From assembly GCA_043751595.1 (NCBI GenBank), contig JAYUZR010000020.1:336-64335 (forward strand): 64,000 nt of DNA, written 5' to 3'. This stretch comes from Candidatus Berkelbacteria bacterium (lineage in GTDB: Bacteria; Patescibacteriota; UBA1384; CAILIB01). Below the pieces are notes generated by a model, which saw only the letters and a program-made list of their open reading frames with translations, searched no databases and was not told the DNA's origin. This document shows positions 27,142-37,491 of this stretch, piece by piece. Each line of letters begins with the position of its first letter. The first letter of the stretch is position 1. The translations under genes and the position numbers were made by a program.

Positions 27142-30096
27142 ATGCCACTTACCAAAATTAGAAAGCGCGACGGCTCCGTCGTTCCGTTCGATGTCGTCAA
27201 AATCCGCGTTGCAATGGAAAAAGCCATCCGTGAGGTAAATCCTCTGGCCGATCTCCGCGGCATGGATATTATGGCCGACCACGTTGTTCGCCACATTGAG
27301 CTTGCCTTCCCAAATAGCCTTCCCGATGTAGAAAAGGTACAAGATTTAGCAGAACAAACGCTTATGGAATTCGGGCTGTTTGATGTAGCCAAGGCCTACA
27401 TTCTCTACCGTGCCGAGCACACCAAGGTACGCCAAACGCAGCCAGATCCCGCTGTTGCAGCTGGCCGTTCTGTTCAGTATCAACTCAATACCGGAGAAGA
27501 AAAGCAACTCGATCGCAATGTACTTCGCCGTCGCTTTGAGAGCGCTGCACGTTATGTAGAAGATGCCGCTCCCCTTAATTTTGATGCCCTGGTAAACCAA
27601 GCCGAAAGTGCCTTGTACGATGGCATGAGTGAGCGCGATCTCCAGCTTACCCTCATCATGGCCGCTCGTAGCTTTATCGAGCGAGATCCTGCCTACGATC
27701 GTCTCTCTGCCCGCCTCACCCTCGAAATGGTCCGCCTCGAGGTACTCGGCAGCACCAAGCCAGAGGCCTACGCAGAGCGCTTCGCCAGTAATTTGCAAAA
27801 GGCAGTAGATGAAGGCCGCGTCGATAAAGAACTGCTCACCTTCGATCTAGAAACCCTTGCCAAAGCACTAGTTCCGGAGCGCGATTACCTCTTCGATTTC
27901 ATGGGAGCACAGGTAGTGTACGATCGCTACTTCCTTCGCGCACAAGGTAGCGAGCTTCGCATCGAGGCTCCCCAAACCTTCTGGATGCGCATTGCCATGG
28001 GTCTTTCCCTTGCCGAGGCTCCAGAAAAGCGTACCGAGTGGGCGATCAAGTTTTACAATATTCTTTCCACCCTTCGCTACACACCTTCTACTCCTACCCT
28101 TTTCCACGCTGGCACCACCTACCCACAACTTTCTTCCTGCTACCTCAATATGGTAGAGGACGATCTCGGGCACATCTTCAAAGTCTACGGCGATAACGCT
28201 CAGCTCTCCAAGTACTCTGGCGGAATCGGAACGAGCTGGACCAAAATCCGTGCTACCGGCGCCCTCATTAAGAGTACCAATCTCGAGAGCCAGGGAGTCG
28301 TCCCATTCTTGCGCATCGCAAACGATGTAAACATTGCCATTAACCGCAGTGGCAAGCGCCGCGGAGCCGCCTGTGTCTACCTAGAAACCTGGCACTACGA
28401 AGTAGAAGACTTCCTCGATCTTCGCAAGAATACTGGCGACGAGCGCCGCCGCACCCACGATATCAACACCGCTCACTGGATTCCCGATCTCTTCATGAAG
28501 CGCGTCGCCAGCGATAGCGAGTGGACCCTCTTTAGTCCAGAAGAAGTTGAAGATCTTAACGATATCTTCGGCAAAGCCTTCGAGCTTAAGTATGTAGAGT
28601 ACGAAAAGATGGCCGACGAAGGTCAGATTCGCCTCTTTAAGCGTATTCGCGCCCGAGATCTTTGGCGCAAAATGATCTCCATGCTCTTTGAAACTGGCCA
28701 CCCTTGGGTCACCTTTAAAGACGCCTGCAACATCCGCTCCCCTCAAGATCACGTTGGTGTTATTCACAACTCAAATCTCTGCACCGAGATCACCCTCAAT
28801 AACTCCAAAGAGGAAACAGCCGTTTGCAACATTGGTTCAGTCAATCTTTCTCGCCACCTTACAAACGGTACCTTCGATTACACCCTCCTTGAAGAAACGG
28901 TTACCATCGCTATCCGCATGCTGGATAACACGATCGACCCTAACTTCTACCCAACCGAAGAAACTCGACTGGCCAACATGCGCCATCGTCCAATCGGCCT
29001 TGGTATTATGGGCTTCCAAGATGCCCTCTACGTGCTTGATATCGATTTTGAATCCGAAGAAGCGATTCGCTTTGCCGACGAGAACATGGAGTTCATCTCC
29101 TATCACGCTATCAAAGCATCTGCTCTTATCGCTAAAGAAAAGGGTGCCTACGCAAGCTTTAAGGGCTCTAAGTGGGATCGCGGATTCTTCCCAGTCGATA
29201 CCCTCAACCTACTAGAAGAAGCTCGCGGCATTCCTATCAGCGTTAACCGCTCCGGCAAGCTCGATTGGGCTCCTGTTCGTGCCCTAGTGGCCGAGCACGG
29301 CCTGCGCAACTCAAACATGATGGCCGTTGCTCCTACCGCAACTATCTCCAACATTAATGGCTGCTTCCCAACTATCGAGCCGGCCTACAAAAACCTCTAC
29401 GTTAAGTCCAATATGAGTGGCGAGTTTACTGTCGTAAACGAGTACCTCGTAAACGATCTCAAGCGCCTAGGTCTTTGGAATCAAACCATGCTCGAGGCCA
29501 TTAAGGCGGCCGATGGTTCAGTCCAAGATGTAACCACCATCCCACCCAAGCTCCGTGCCAAGTATAAAACTGCCTTCGAGATTAATCCTCAATCCCTTCT
29601 TAAGGTAGCTGCCTACCGTGGAAAATGGATCGATCAATCTCAGAGCCTTAATATCTTCTTCCAGGGTTCTTCTGGGCGCGCACTAGCCGATGTCTATCTT
29701 TCTGCTTGGCACCTAGGCCTTAAAACCACCTACTACCTTCGTACGATGGGCGCTAGCAACATCGAAAAGAGCACGATCGATATTTCCGCGCAGACTATCA
29801 TTCATAAGGAAAAGGTTCTCCCAGTGGCAGCTCCAGTAGCTTCATTCACCGCACCTGCTATTGTACCTCCAGTAGTAGCTGAACCCGAGCCGATCATGGC
29901 TCAGGAAGAAGATCCTAAGCCTGTTGGTGTGGTAATTACTGAAGCAAGTTACGCTCAAGAAAAAAGTGAAGCACCGCAACCCGCTTTCGCGTTCTCAATG
30001 GCAAACTTCTCAGTTCCTACCCTAACCCTTGGCGACGACGCGCTTCCAGTTAAGGCCTGCCTCATTGAAGACCCAGACTGCGAATCCTGCCAATAA
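27142..30096 (+). CDS. nrdA: class I ribonucleotide reductase alpha subunit
   Basis: ATP cone (KIRKRDG), LSSC, SNLCTEI, APTATIS, KTTYY, C-terminal CESCQ. Confidence 0.97.
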   Translation: MPLTKIRKRDGSVVPFDVVKIRVAMEKAIREVNPLADLRGMDIMADHVVRHIELAFPNSLPDVEKVQDLAEQTLMEFGLFDVAKAYILYRAEHTKVRQTQPDPAVAAGRSVQYQLNTGEEKQLDRNVLRRRFESAARYVEDAAPLNFDALVNQAESALYDGMSERDLQLTLIMAARSFIERDPAYDRLSARLTLEMVRLEVLGSTKPEAYAERFASNLQKAVDEGRVDKELLTFDLETLAKALVPERDYLFDFMGAQVVYDRYFLRAQGSELRIEAPQTFWMRIAMGLSLAEAPEKRTEWAIKFYNILSTLRYTPSTPTLFHAGTTYPQLSSCYLNMVEDDLGHIFKVYGDNAQLSKYSGGIGTSWTKIRATGALIKSTNLESQGVVPFLRIANDVNIAINRSGKRRGAACVYLETWHYEVEDFLDLRKNTGDERRRTHDINTAHWIPDLFMKRVASDSEWTLFSPEEVEDLNDIFGKAFELKYVEYEKMADEGQIRLFKRIRARDLWRKMISMLFETGHPWVTFKDACNIRSPQDHVGVIHNSNLCTEITLNNSKEETAVCNIGSVNLSRHLTNGTFDYTLLEETVTIAIRMLDNTIDPNFYPTEETRLANMRHRPIGLGIMGFQDALYVLDIDFESEEAIRFADENMEFISYHAIKASALIAKEKGAYASFKGSKWDRGFFPVDTLNLLEEARGIPISVNRSGKLDWAPVRALVAEHGLRNSNMMAVAPTATISNINGCFPTIEPAYKNLYVKSNMSGEFTVVNEYLVNDLKRLGLWNQTMLEAIKAADGSVQDVTTIPPKLRAKYKTAFEINPQSLLKVAAYRGKWIDQSQSLNIFFQGSSGRALADVYLSAWHLGLKTTYYLRTMGASNIEKSTIDISAQTIIHKEKVLPVAAPVASFTAPAIVPPVVAEPEPIMAQEEDPKPVGVVITEASYAQEKSEAPQPAFAFSMANFSVPTLTLGDDALPVKACLIEDPDCESCQ

Positions 30097-30128
30097 GTTT
30101 AGTCAAAGTCAGTACATAACACTTATTT

Positions 30129-31139
30129 ATGCCTCCTCAGCAAAAATCCCTCCTCAACGCGGGGTCTGATACCGACCCCAACAAGATTCTTCCCATTAAG
30201 TACCATTGGGCCCGCAAGCACTATAAGGCTGGCGTCGCCAATAACTGGACTCCAGACGAAATCGCCATGCAAAGCGATATTGAACTCTGGAAGCACCCAA
30301 CTGGTCTTTCACCAGAAGAGCGCCGCCTCATCATGTGGAATATGGGATTCTTCTCAACCGCTGAATCCCTTACGGCCAACAACATCGTAATGTCCATTTA
30401 CAAGCACCTCACTAACCCCGAGTGCCGACAATACTTGTTGCGCCAAGCCTACGAAGAAGCGGTTCACACCGATACCTTCATCTACTGCTGCGATTCTCTC
30501 GGACTCGACCCAGAAGAGGTGTACACCATGTACATGTCCATTCCATCTATTCATTCTAAGGACGAGTTTGTCGTAGAGATGACAAAGTCGGTAATGGACC
30601 CCAACTTCAAAACCGATAGTCCTGCCCAAATACAACGTTTCGTGCACGATCTTATCGGCTACTACGTTATCATGGAGGGCATCTTCTTCTATGCCGGGTT
30701 TGTAATGATGCTTTCTTTCGCCCGCCAAAACAAGATGGTCGGTGTAGCAGAGCAGTTCCAATACATCTTGCGCGATGAATCCGTTCACCTTGCCTTCGGC
30801 GCCGATGTAGTCAATACCATTATTGATGAAAACCCAGAAATCTGGACTCCTGCCTTCCAGCAAGAGGTGAGTAAGAATATCCGTGATGCGGTCGAGCTCG
30901 AGGTAGCTTACGCACACGACTGCATGCCTAAGGGCATTTTGGGTCTAAACGCTGAAGCTGTGGCGCAATATGTTCGCTATGTGGCTGATCGCCGCCTAGA
31001 GCGCATCCGCCTTCCCCGTATTTACGGCGATGCCAATCCATTCCCATGGATGAGTGAGATTATGGATCTCAAAAAGGAGAAGAACTTCTTCGAAACCCGC
31101 GTAACCGAATACCAGACGGCTGGTAATCTTGAGTGGTAG
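30129..31139 (+). CDS. nrdB: ribonucleotide reductase beta subunit, class Ic-type residues
   Basis: FFSTAES, EEAVHTDTF, EGIFF, DESVH, NFFETRVTEY. Confidence 0.96.
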   Translation: MPPQQKSLLNAGSDTDPNKILPIKYHWARKHYKAGVANNWTPDEIAMQSDIELWKHPTGLSPEERRLIMWNMGFFSTAESLTANNIVMSIYKHLTNPECRQYLLRQAYEEAVHTDTFIYCCDSLGLDPEEVYTMYMSIPSIHSKDEFVVEMTKSVMDPNFKTDSPAQIQRFVHDLIGYYVIMEGIFFYAGFVMMLSFARQNKMVGVAEQFQYILRDESVHLAFGADVVNTIIDENPEIWTPAFQQEVSKNIRDAVELEVAYAHDCMPKGILGLNAEAVAQYVRYVADRRLERIRLPRIYGDANPFPWMSEIMDLKKEKNFFETRVTEYQTAGNLEW

Positions 31140-32233
31140 GAAGAAAACGATTCATAACCCTCGATCTATTAAGGGGCTTTCTTCTCATTGCCGTCTGCGT
31201 TAATCACGCACAGCGCACACCCGGAATCTTAGAGTACCTCACCGGTGGTGGGGTACTCTGGGTTTCGGGGGCAGAGCTTTTCTTTATTCTTTCCGGATTC
31301 ACGTTTAGCTATGTGCGAAAAAAGACCTTAGCCGAAAAAGGCTTTGGTGAAGTACTGAAGAAAAGCTTAACCCGCGCACTCGGCATCTACGTTCTTACTA
31401 TCATCGCAAGTTGTATCACCCTTCTCATTGCCGATGCCGTAGATTGCCAAGTTGGCATCCGAAACGGAGGAGCGTCGGTCTGCAGTACGCTTACTTGGCA
31501 AGCTTTTAGTGATGTTGCCACTCTACAAAAAACCGTTTACTGGGTGGCGATGCTTGGCTATTACACGCTCTATGTAGCGCTCGCCCCATTGGCATTACTG
31601 CTTTTGCAGCGGAAGGCATGGTACATCCTTCTCACCATTTCCACCGGCATCTTCCTCCTTCGCGATCAGTCACCCATCCTTATTTACCAGCTCCTCTTCA
31701 GCCTAGGCCTTATCCTTGGCTGGTATTTTAGACCGCTCCTTGCACCAAGTAAAAAGGCAACCTATCTCCTAACACTGGCTGGTTTCTGGAGCCTTATTAC
31801 CTATGCGCTTAGCCTCGCACTAAACGAAGGCACCCTCGCCCGAGCCATGCCGCAGGCGCACCGTTGGTATCAAACCTTTTGGGCACCGTATTTTGATCGC
31901 ACTGAAATGGACTTCCCCAGGCTTGCCATGGCCGTCCTGTGGTTTCTAAGCCTATTCTACTTTTTCACTAGGTTCGAGCAGCCAATTAACCGAGCCCTGG
32001 GCTGGCTTCTTCTTCCTTTTGGGCGAGACTCGCTCTGGACCTTCGCATTACATGCGCCACTTGTCTTTGCTCTCAATATTTTTATTGTTTTTGATAATGC
32101 TGGGAGAATTAGCAATACCCTGCAATCAGTTGTAATTATTGCCGTTCTTTATTTGTTAGTATGGATAAAGAACCAGATCAGCCAACTCATAAACCATGCA
32201 TACCAGTCTCGAAGAATTACGATTGAAGCTTAA
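31133..32233 (+). CDS. OpgC-domain membrane protein (acyltransferase-like)
   Basis: LDLLRG...NH, SGAELFFILSG, FGRDSLWTFALH. Confidence 0.8.
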   Translation: MVGRKRFITLDLLRGFLLIAVCVNHAQRTPGILEYLTGGGVLWVSGAELFFILSGFTFSYVRKKTLAEKGFGEVLKKSLTRALGIYVLTIIASCITLLIADAVDCQVGIRNGGASVCSTLTWQAFSDVATLQKTVYWVAMLGYYTLYVALAPLALLLLQRKAWYILLTISTGIFLLRDQSPILIYQLLFSLGLILGWYFRPLLAPSKKATYLLTLAGFWSLITYALSLALNEGTLARAMPQAHRWYQTFWAPYFDRTEMDFPRLAMAVLWFLSLFYFFTRFEQPINRALGWLLLPFGRDSLWTFALHAPLVFALNIFIVFDNAGRISNTLQSVVIIAVLYLLVWIKNQISQLINHAYQSRRITIEA

Positions 32234-32453
32234 TGAAGCAGCTCAAAGCATAGAAATTGGTGGGCACTATATGCATTACAAAACTCCCACAACCACGTAC
32301 GAGGTTAAGGAGTTAGTAATTAACGAAGCAGACGAACAACTACTTGTTCTGTATTTTCCCGTAGTTAGTCCGGAGACTGTTTTTGCCCGCCCTCTCACAA
32401 GCTGGCTTGAAGAAGTTGGTCCTGGCGTACGTCGGTTTAGGACGCTTCAATAA
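32196..32453 (+). CDS. DUF1653 domain protein
   Basis: GHYMHYK..YEV...VLY...FARPL...RF. Confidence 0.8.
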   Translation: MHTSLEELRLKLNEAAQSIEIGGHYMHYKTPTTTYEVKELVINEADEQLLVLYFPVVSPETVFARPLTSWLEEVGPGVRRFRTLQ

Positions 32454-33378
32454 AATTGAGCGCCAGCGAGTTCATGCAGTAGCGAAGGCCAGTTGGCTCG
32501 GGGCCATCATTAAAGACATGACCCAAGTGGGACTGACAACGACCACAAACTACTTCGTCGCGAACCATGCCGTGCGAAGTATCGCCCTCAAGCGCGATGG
32601 CATCTGGAGAAGCGGTCTGCCAAAAGCTAGGCCAGCCGGTGCCGGAATCAAACTTTTCTTCTGAATTAAATAGTAGCTGACCACAAGCACCACAGAAGTA
32701 CTGGCCCTCTTCGTGATTATCCCAGTACTCGTTGCGGAAGGCAGGCTCAGTACCATGCCCACGCAGTACTTCGAACTTCTCGGGACTCAGTACTTCTTGC
32801 CACTCTTCTGGGGTTTGGGGTAGGGGTTCGCGTAAATATGACATAGGAGGTGTAGTGCGGAGAAAAGCTTGGTGCTTTGTCCGTAGTTTAGAAAGTTTAG
32901 GAACGATCACTACATTGCAGTAGCCCATACTCGGGTTACGAGCATAGTACTGCTGATGTGATTCTTCCGCCGGATAAAATGGGACTACTTCTTCAAGTAC
33001 CGTAACGAGAGGATCTGGATAGGCCTCTGTAAGCTCAGTCATAACCTGCTCAGCAACCGCCAGCTGCTCTTCGGTTCCAAAGATACACGAGCGATATTCA
33101 ATTCCCACATCGGCCCCCTGGCGGTTAAGCGAGGTCGGATCGTGAGTAGTAAAAAATACCTCGAGTATATCGTGCAGACTAATAACCTCAGCATCAAAGA
33201 TAAGCTCGAGCACTTCGGCGTGCGTATTGCCGGCGCTATGCAGGTCTCGGTAGGTTGGGAACTCTTTTTGTCCGCCAGCATAGCCGCAAAGGGTATGGAG
33301 CACTCCATTAATCTGACTAAAAACTGCTTCGGTGCACCAGAAGCACCCGCCACCAAGAATAATTCGTTCAGGCTTCAT
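32437..33378 (-). CDS. msrAB: methionine sulfoxide reductase MsrA-MsrB fusion
   Basis: [16 protein letters not shown]; [26 protein letters not shown]. Confidence 0.95.
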   Translation of the reverse strand: MKPERIILGGGCFWCTEAVFSQINGVLHTLCGYAGGQKEFPTYRDLHSAGNTHAEVLELIFDAEVISLHDILEVFFTTHDPTSLNRQGADVGIEYRSCIFGTEEQLAVAEQVMTELTEAYPDPLVTVLEEVVPFYPAEESHQQYYARNPSMGYCNVVIVPKLSKLRTKHQAFLRTTPPMSYLREPLPQTPEEWQEVLSPEKFEVLRGHGTEPAFRNEYWDNHEEGQYFCGACGQLLFNSEEKFDSGTGWPSFWQTASPDAIALEGDTSHGMVRDEVVCGRCQSHLGHVFNDGPEPTGLRYCMNSLALNFIEAS

Positions 33379-34030
33379 GAGTACGCTTTAGAGGTAATCG
33401 TTCTTTAAGCTTTGCACCAAGACCCACCAGATGAGGGAAGATAAACTCAGTTACTGCAAGCTTTAAGGCAAAGAATACACCGATATTACCGGCAATCAAC
33501 ATGGTAAAGGTAAAGGCATTCCCCACTGAAAGCAGGGCGCGATAGATGAGGAAGGAGCTCATCATGCACAAGGTATGGATGATGATAAAGCCTGCAATCG
33601 TGCGTAGCACTTGGGTTTGAGGAGCCGAAAACCCTTGGCTAAAGACAATTTTAGCCGCCATTTTACGCTCGGCCTTAACCTTGGTAACTTTTGAAACCTT
33701 AACCAAGCGCACAATTTCAATTCCCAAAATAATAAGAACAGCCAATGTTACCAACGCCAGCGCTCCTAAGAAGTAAAAGCTATGCCAAATTACTAATTGA
33801 TCAAGCGAAGCGTCGCGCGAACTTAGTACCCAGAGCAGAGCAAACGAAAGTACTACCTGAGAAAAGAAGGCGACAAACTTAAACCACGGCCAGTAGCCAA
33901 GCAACGTAAGGGCAATGGAGTAGCCGCCAAGAACGAGCAACGATTGCAGCAACGCAACTGTAACTGCAACCACTCCGCTTACTTCGGACTGAGGGCTCAA
34001 CAGGTTTACTAGCGCATCGTACAATAACAT
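33368..34030 (-). CDS. hypothetical membrane protein
   Basis: several TMs; start chosen by TATCAT-6nt-ATG. Confidence 0.7.
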   Translation of the reverse strand: MLLYDALVNLLSPQSEVSGVVAVTVALLQSLLVLGGYSIALTLLGYWPWFKFVAFFSQVVLSFALLWVLSSRDASLDQLVIWHSFYFLGALALVTLAVLIILGIEIVRLVKVSKVTKVKAERKMAAKIVFSQGFSAPQTQVLRTIAGFIIIHTLCMMSSFLIYRALLSVGNAFTFTMLIAGNIGVFFALKLAVTEFIFPHLVGLGAKLKERLPLKRTHEA

Positions 34031-34052
34031 ACGAATATGATACCGTACCTGT

Positions 34053-35006
34053 ATGATTGTCGTCACCTCATACCCCACTCCCGATCTCGATGGTGTTGCC
34101 TGCAGCATTGCCTACGCCGAGCTTCTCCAGGCTCAAAACCGGCCAGCGCAAGCCTTCATTGAAGGAGCCCCTCATCTGGTGGCCCAGCACATTCTTGCTA
34201 AGGCAGGTCTTTCCTTCCAAGATTTTGAGCACCTACCAAACGAGATCTCAGAAGTCTTTTACACCGACGATTCTTTCATCGATTCCGTCCCTGTTGCCAT
34301 CGATCCCTATCAAATTACCGAAATCGTAGATCATCATTCCGATGGTCGCCCGGAAGAGTTTCCCAATCTTGTTACTATTCAAAATGAAGAAGTTGGCGCG
34401 GCGGCCACCCTTATTGCCGAAAAGTTTAAAGCAGGCGGCGTGGACCCAACTAAGGCCAGCGCATTACTGCTATACGGCGCCATTATCGATAACTCGCTCA
34501 ACTTCTCAACCAGCAACACCAGCGATCGAGATAGAGAAATGGCTACCTGGCTTCGTCAGCTCCACCAGCTTTCCTCCGAAGACGAACTAGCCAGCGAAAT
34601 CTTTACTACCCGAAGCGAGCTTACCGATTCAGAAATAGTGCAGTGCTTAATTGAAGATAACTTCCCTATTAAAGGGCTCGCCGAAGGCTACTCGCTAGCG
34701 GTTGGCCAGCTTGAAATCTCATTTGAGCATTCCGGCATACTAGAGAAGGGCGCCTTACTCGCTCGCGCAACCAAGGGCATTGCCTCGCGCTACGATTGCA
34801 AGCAAAGTGCCGCCATCTTAGTTGATCTAAGCGCCGATAGATCGCACATCATTACCCTCACTCCAGAGCTTGCCCGTCTCTTTGCCAATGCCATTGAGGG
34901 ATCAAATTTGCTCGATGCCTGCCAGCTAGAACTGCCACACAGAATGCAGCGAAAAACAATTGTCCCCCTCTTCCGCAGCCACCTTGAGCACATCTTCAGT
35001 GCATAA
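34053..35006 (+). CDS. DHH family phosphoesterase (PpaC-like pyrophosphatase)
   Basis: PDLDGVA, IVDHH, VGAAATLIAE, RKTIVP. Confidence 0.85.
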   Translation: MIVVTSYPTPDLDGVACSIAYAELLQAQNRPAQAFIEGAPHLVAQHILAKAGLSFQDFEHLPNEISEVFYTDDSFIDSVPVAIDPYQITEIVDHHSDGRPEEFPNLVTIQNEEVGAAATLIAEKFKAGGVDPTKASALLLYGAIIDNSLNFSTSNTSDRDREMATWLRQLHQLSSEDELASEIFTTRSELTDSEIVQCLIEDNFPIKGLAEGYSLAVGQLEISFEHSGILEKGALLARATKGIASRYDCKQSAAILVDLSADRSHIITLTPELARLFANAIEGSNLLDACQLELPHRMQRKTIVPLFRSHLEHIFSA

Positions 35007-35526
35007 ACGGCGCCAGCTTTTTCTCCTCCTCTTTTTTGTGCTGAGCTGGATGACGGTAGGGTATGATATTCCCTTTCTCTACACTACCGTTCCACCCCAG
35101 CTCTGGCCTTTCATCGCCGTCTGCCCGCTGTATCCCCCGCTCCTGGCTCGCTACCTACTAAAAGGCAACCGCAAAGAAGATGCCGCCGATACCATTGGCC
35201 TTCTTGGTTGTGCAGTATATGGCATCTTAAGCATTGCCTACTACACCATCCAGCCCTTCTTTCCCCTCCTTGTTCTTTCTATGATCTGGGTAGCAGGCTA
35301 CGGTACACTTGCCCTTTTCTCGCGACCTATCCAATCACTCAGACTACGATTACTGGCCTTACTCTGGATTTTCGCCGCACTCAGCGCGCAGTATCTTACC
35401 AACACCTTTGGCTATTTTGATTTTAGCCAGTTACCCGCAGGGGCTATCGGCTGGTTTTACGTCGCCGGAATTATCTTGGCCGTAGCACTTACCCTGGCAC
35501 CCTACCGACGAACCATCGTTCGGTGA
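34999..35526 (+). CDS. hypothetical membrane protein
   Basis: about six TMs; GTG start overlapping upstream stop (start uncertain). Confidence 0.65.
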   Translation: MHKRRQLFLLLFFVLSWMTVGYDIPFLYTTVPPQLWPFIAVCPLYPPLLARYLLKGNRKEDAADTIGLLGCAVYGILSIAYYTIQPFFPLLVLSMIWVAGYGTLALFSRPIQSLRLRLLALLWIFAALSAQYLTNTFGYFDFSQLPAGAIGWFYVAGIILAVALTLAPYRRTIVR

Positions 35527-36251
35527 GCCACCTTCTTCTCCACTGCCTCGGCTAGTAAATCTTTGTATTCCATCTCACTTGGGGCAATTTTAAGCGCCTT
35601 TTTAAACGAAGATTCAGCCTTGGCATATTGGCGCATTGCCAAATACGCCATCCCAAGATTAGCGTGACGAGAAGCATTGGCTTCATCTAACCGCACCGAT
35701 TGCTCGAAGACGCGCACTGCCTCGGCAAACTTATCTTGATGATACAAAACTAAGCCTAAGTTATTAAGCAGATTGCCGTTATCGGGATCGGTCTTCAGCG
35801 CCTGGCGAAAAGCAGCTTCGGCGTCGGTATAATCTTCGCCCAGCTCGAGATAGATGACACCAAGACGAGCATAGGCCTTACTGCAACGCGGATCTTCAGC
35901 CGCAATTTTTACATAGGATTCTTCGGCGGCCTTATATTCACCCTTTCTAAAATGAGCATCGGCTTCGTCCATTAGCTTTTGCAGAGGCTCGGGCAACGAA
36001 GGGGTTTTTGGCTCAACAGGATCGTTATACCTTGCCTGGGTATGCAGCGGATCTGGAAGCGAGCGCATCGGAACATCTTCCATAAAATCTTTCATCGATT
36101 GCTTAGCCGCTGAGCGGGGCTGAGCTGGAGCTTTTTCTTTCTTAATACGAGGCTCTCCCCTACCACTGAAAAGGCGCGCGCGAACTTCTTGCCAATCTAT
36201 AAAAAGACTAACAAGGATAAGAACGAGAAGTGCGACAACGTAGGGAAGCAT
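35502..36251 (-). CDS. membrane-anchored TPR protein
   Basis: N-terminal TM; repeats AYARLG, NNLG, ANLG. Confidence 0.9.
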   Translation of the reverse strand: MLPYVVALLVLILVSLFIDWQEVRARLFSGRGEPRIKKEKAPAQPRSAAKQSMKDFMEDVPMRSLPDPLHTQARYNDPVEPKTPSLPEPLQKLMDEADAHFRKGEYKAAEESYVKIAAEDPRCSKAYARLGVIYLELGEDYTDAEAAFRQALKTDPDNGNLLNNLGLVLYHQDKFAEAVRVFEQSVRLDEANASRHANLGMAYLAMRQYAKAESSFKKALKIAPSEMEYKDLLAEAVEKKVAHRTMVRR

Positions 36252-36254
36252 TCG

Positions 36255-36782
36255 TTAAGGTTTAGTGAACAACGGTAGCGTATCACTCCTGATACCCTGA
36301 TGGACAGATGGCACGAGCGACAAGGTATCGCGAAGGAGTTGGCGATCATCTGGATTCTCGATCGAATACGAAGTAAGGACTGATTTCCAGGGTGTTTGCG
36401 ATGCGCCCTTACTAACCACTACCATCTGCACCCGTGAGCGAATGGTGGGTAATACGCCATCTTTTTCTGCTAATAAAATGAGGTGCACCCCCGGTGGTGG
36501 CTCCTCGAGCGTTTTAAGGAGGGTATTTGCCGCTTCGCGCAGCAGGCGATCTGCCTGTGGGATAATTACCATTCTTCCCTTTTCTCCCACAGCACTTACC
36601 TGGACAAAACGTCGTAGCTCTTGTGCCAGTTGCACCGAGGGCACGTTAGTAAGATTTTCTGGAGCCCAAAAATCGGCCGGATGCACCAGCTCGGCGCAAG
36701 CATCGGCAATTACTCGCCACTCAGCACTTGGCGCAAGAAAAAGCCAGGCCGGAAAGGAAAAAACAGCAGGTAATTTCACCAC
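36255..36782 (-). CDS. holB: truncated DNA polymerase III delta-prime-like protein
   Basis: ADRL..EAANTLLKTLEEPP, LPTIRSR; 175 aa. Confidence 0.8.
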   Translation of the reverse strand: MVKLPAVFSFPAWLFLAPSAEWRVIADACAELVHPADFWAPENLTNVPSVQLAQELRRFVQVSAVGEKGRMVIIPQADRLLREAANTLLKTLEEPPPGVHLILLAEKDGVLPTIRSRVQMVVVSKGASQTPWKSVLTSYSIENPDDRQLLRDTLSLVPSVHQGIRSDTLPLFTKP

Positions 36783-36831
36783 ACCAGACTAGCACCTTGT
36801 AAGCACCCTCACCATGGTGTACACCTTAACC

Positions 36832-37290
36832 ATGCAAGATAGCGTTCCACCACAACCTTCTTCCCCCGTCCGTAGCTCGCGCATTCCTGAGAAAAAGGAG
36901 ATTATTACTCCTAAGTTTCAGGACATGGTGTTGTTTGATGAACGAACCGGCGAGCCTTTTGTCTTTAGTGCCAAGCAGCAAGAATATTTTACCGATCAGG
37001 GTCTACAAACCATCCCCAATAAAACTCCCGCTCGCCGCAAAGAGAACGAGCTTAAGCGCTACGAAGGCAAGGAGCTTATTAAGGTTACCTGCAAAGTCTG
37101 CAAGAAAATCGGAAAAGTACTGCAAGAGGTAGCCGATCCCGAAGAAGTATACTGCGACGAATGCTTCGCCAAGGCCTGGCAGGCCCGCCTCGATTCCGAC
37201 CCTGTCTTTGCCGCCCAGTTTGCCGAAGAAGAAGCTGCCGCCGACGCCGAGCTTGAACGACTCAAGCAAGAATCTGAGTTACGGAATTAA
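36832..37290 (+). CDS. zinc-ribbon CxxC-x17-CxxC domain protein
   Basis: FVFSAKQQEYF..G..P; CKVC...VYCDEC; start 36814 or 36832. Confidence 0.8.
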   Translation: MQDSVPPQPSSPVRSSRIPEKKEIITPKFQDMVLFDERTGEPFVFSAKQQEYFTDQGLQTIPNKTPARRKENELKRYEGKELIKVTCKVCKKIGKVLQEVADPEEVYCDECFAKAWQARLDSDPVFAAQFAEEEAAADAELERLKQESELRN

Positions 37291-37302
37291 AAAAATGGCT
37301 AC

Positions 37303-37491
37303 CTATGCGGTGGCCATTTTTTCTTGCATCTGACGAGACGCGGTTTTGATGGTGCGGATGCAGCGAGTGCAAACCATCATGCCTTGTACCTTTTGGATAT
37401 TTGGCTGGAAAAACCGCGGAGTCTTGTGCTGGGACTTAGGGATGTTGCGTCCAGCAACTGGACCCTTCCCGCATAGCTGACATTTAGACAT
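37303..37491 (-). CDS. rpmB: 50S ribosomal protein L28
   Basis: MSKCQLCGKGP..G..SQHKTPR.F.PNIQ...CTRCIR. Confidence 0.93.
   Translation of the reverse strand: MSKCQLCGKGPVAGRNIPKSQHKTPRFFQPNIQKVQGMMVCTRCIRTIKTASRQMQEKMATA

Noticed and set aside
27346-30917. Long antisense ORFs within nrdAB, and similarly within argS (59442-60146)
   Set aside because: Shadow ORFs expected from codon bias of the sense genes; no motifs.
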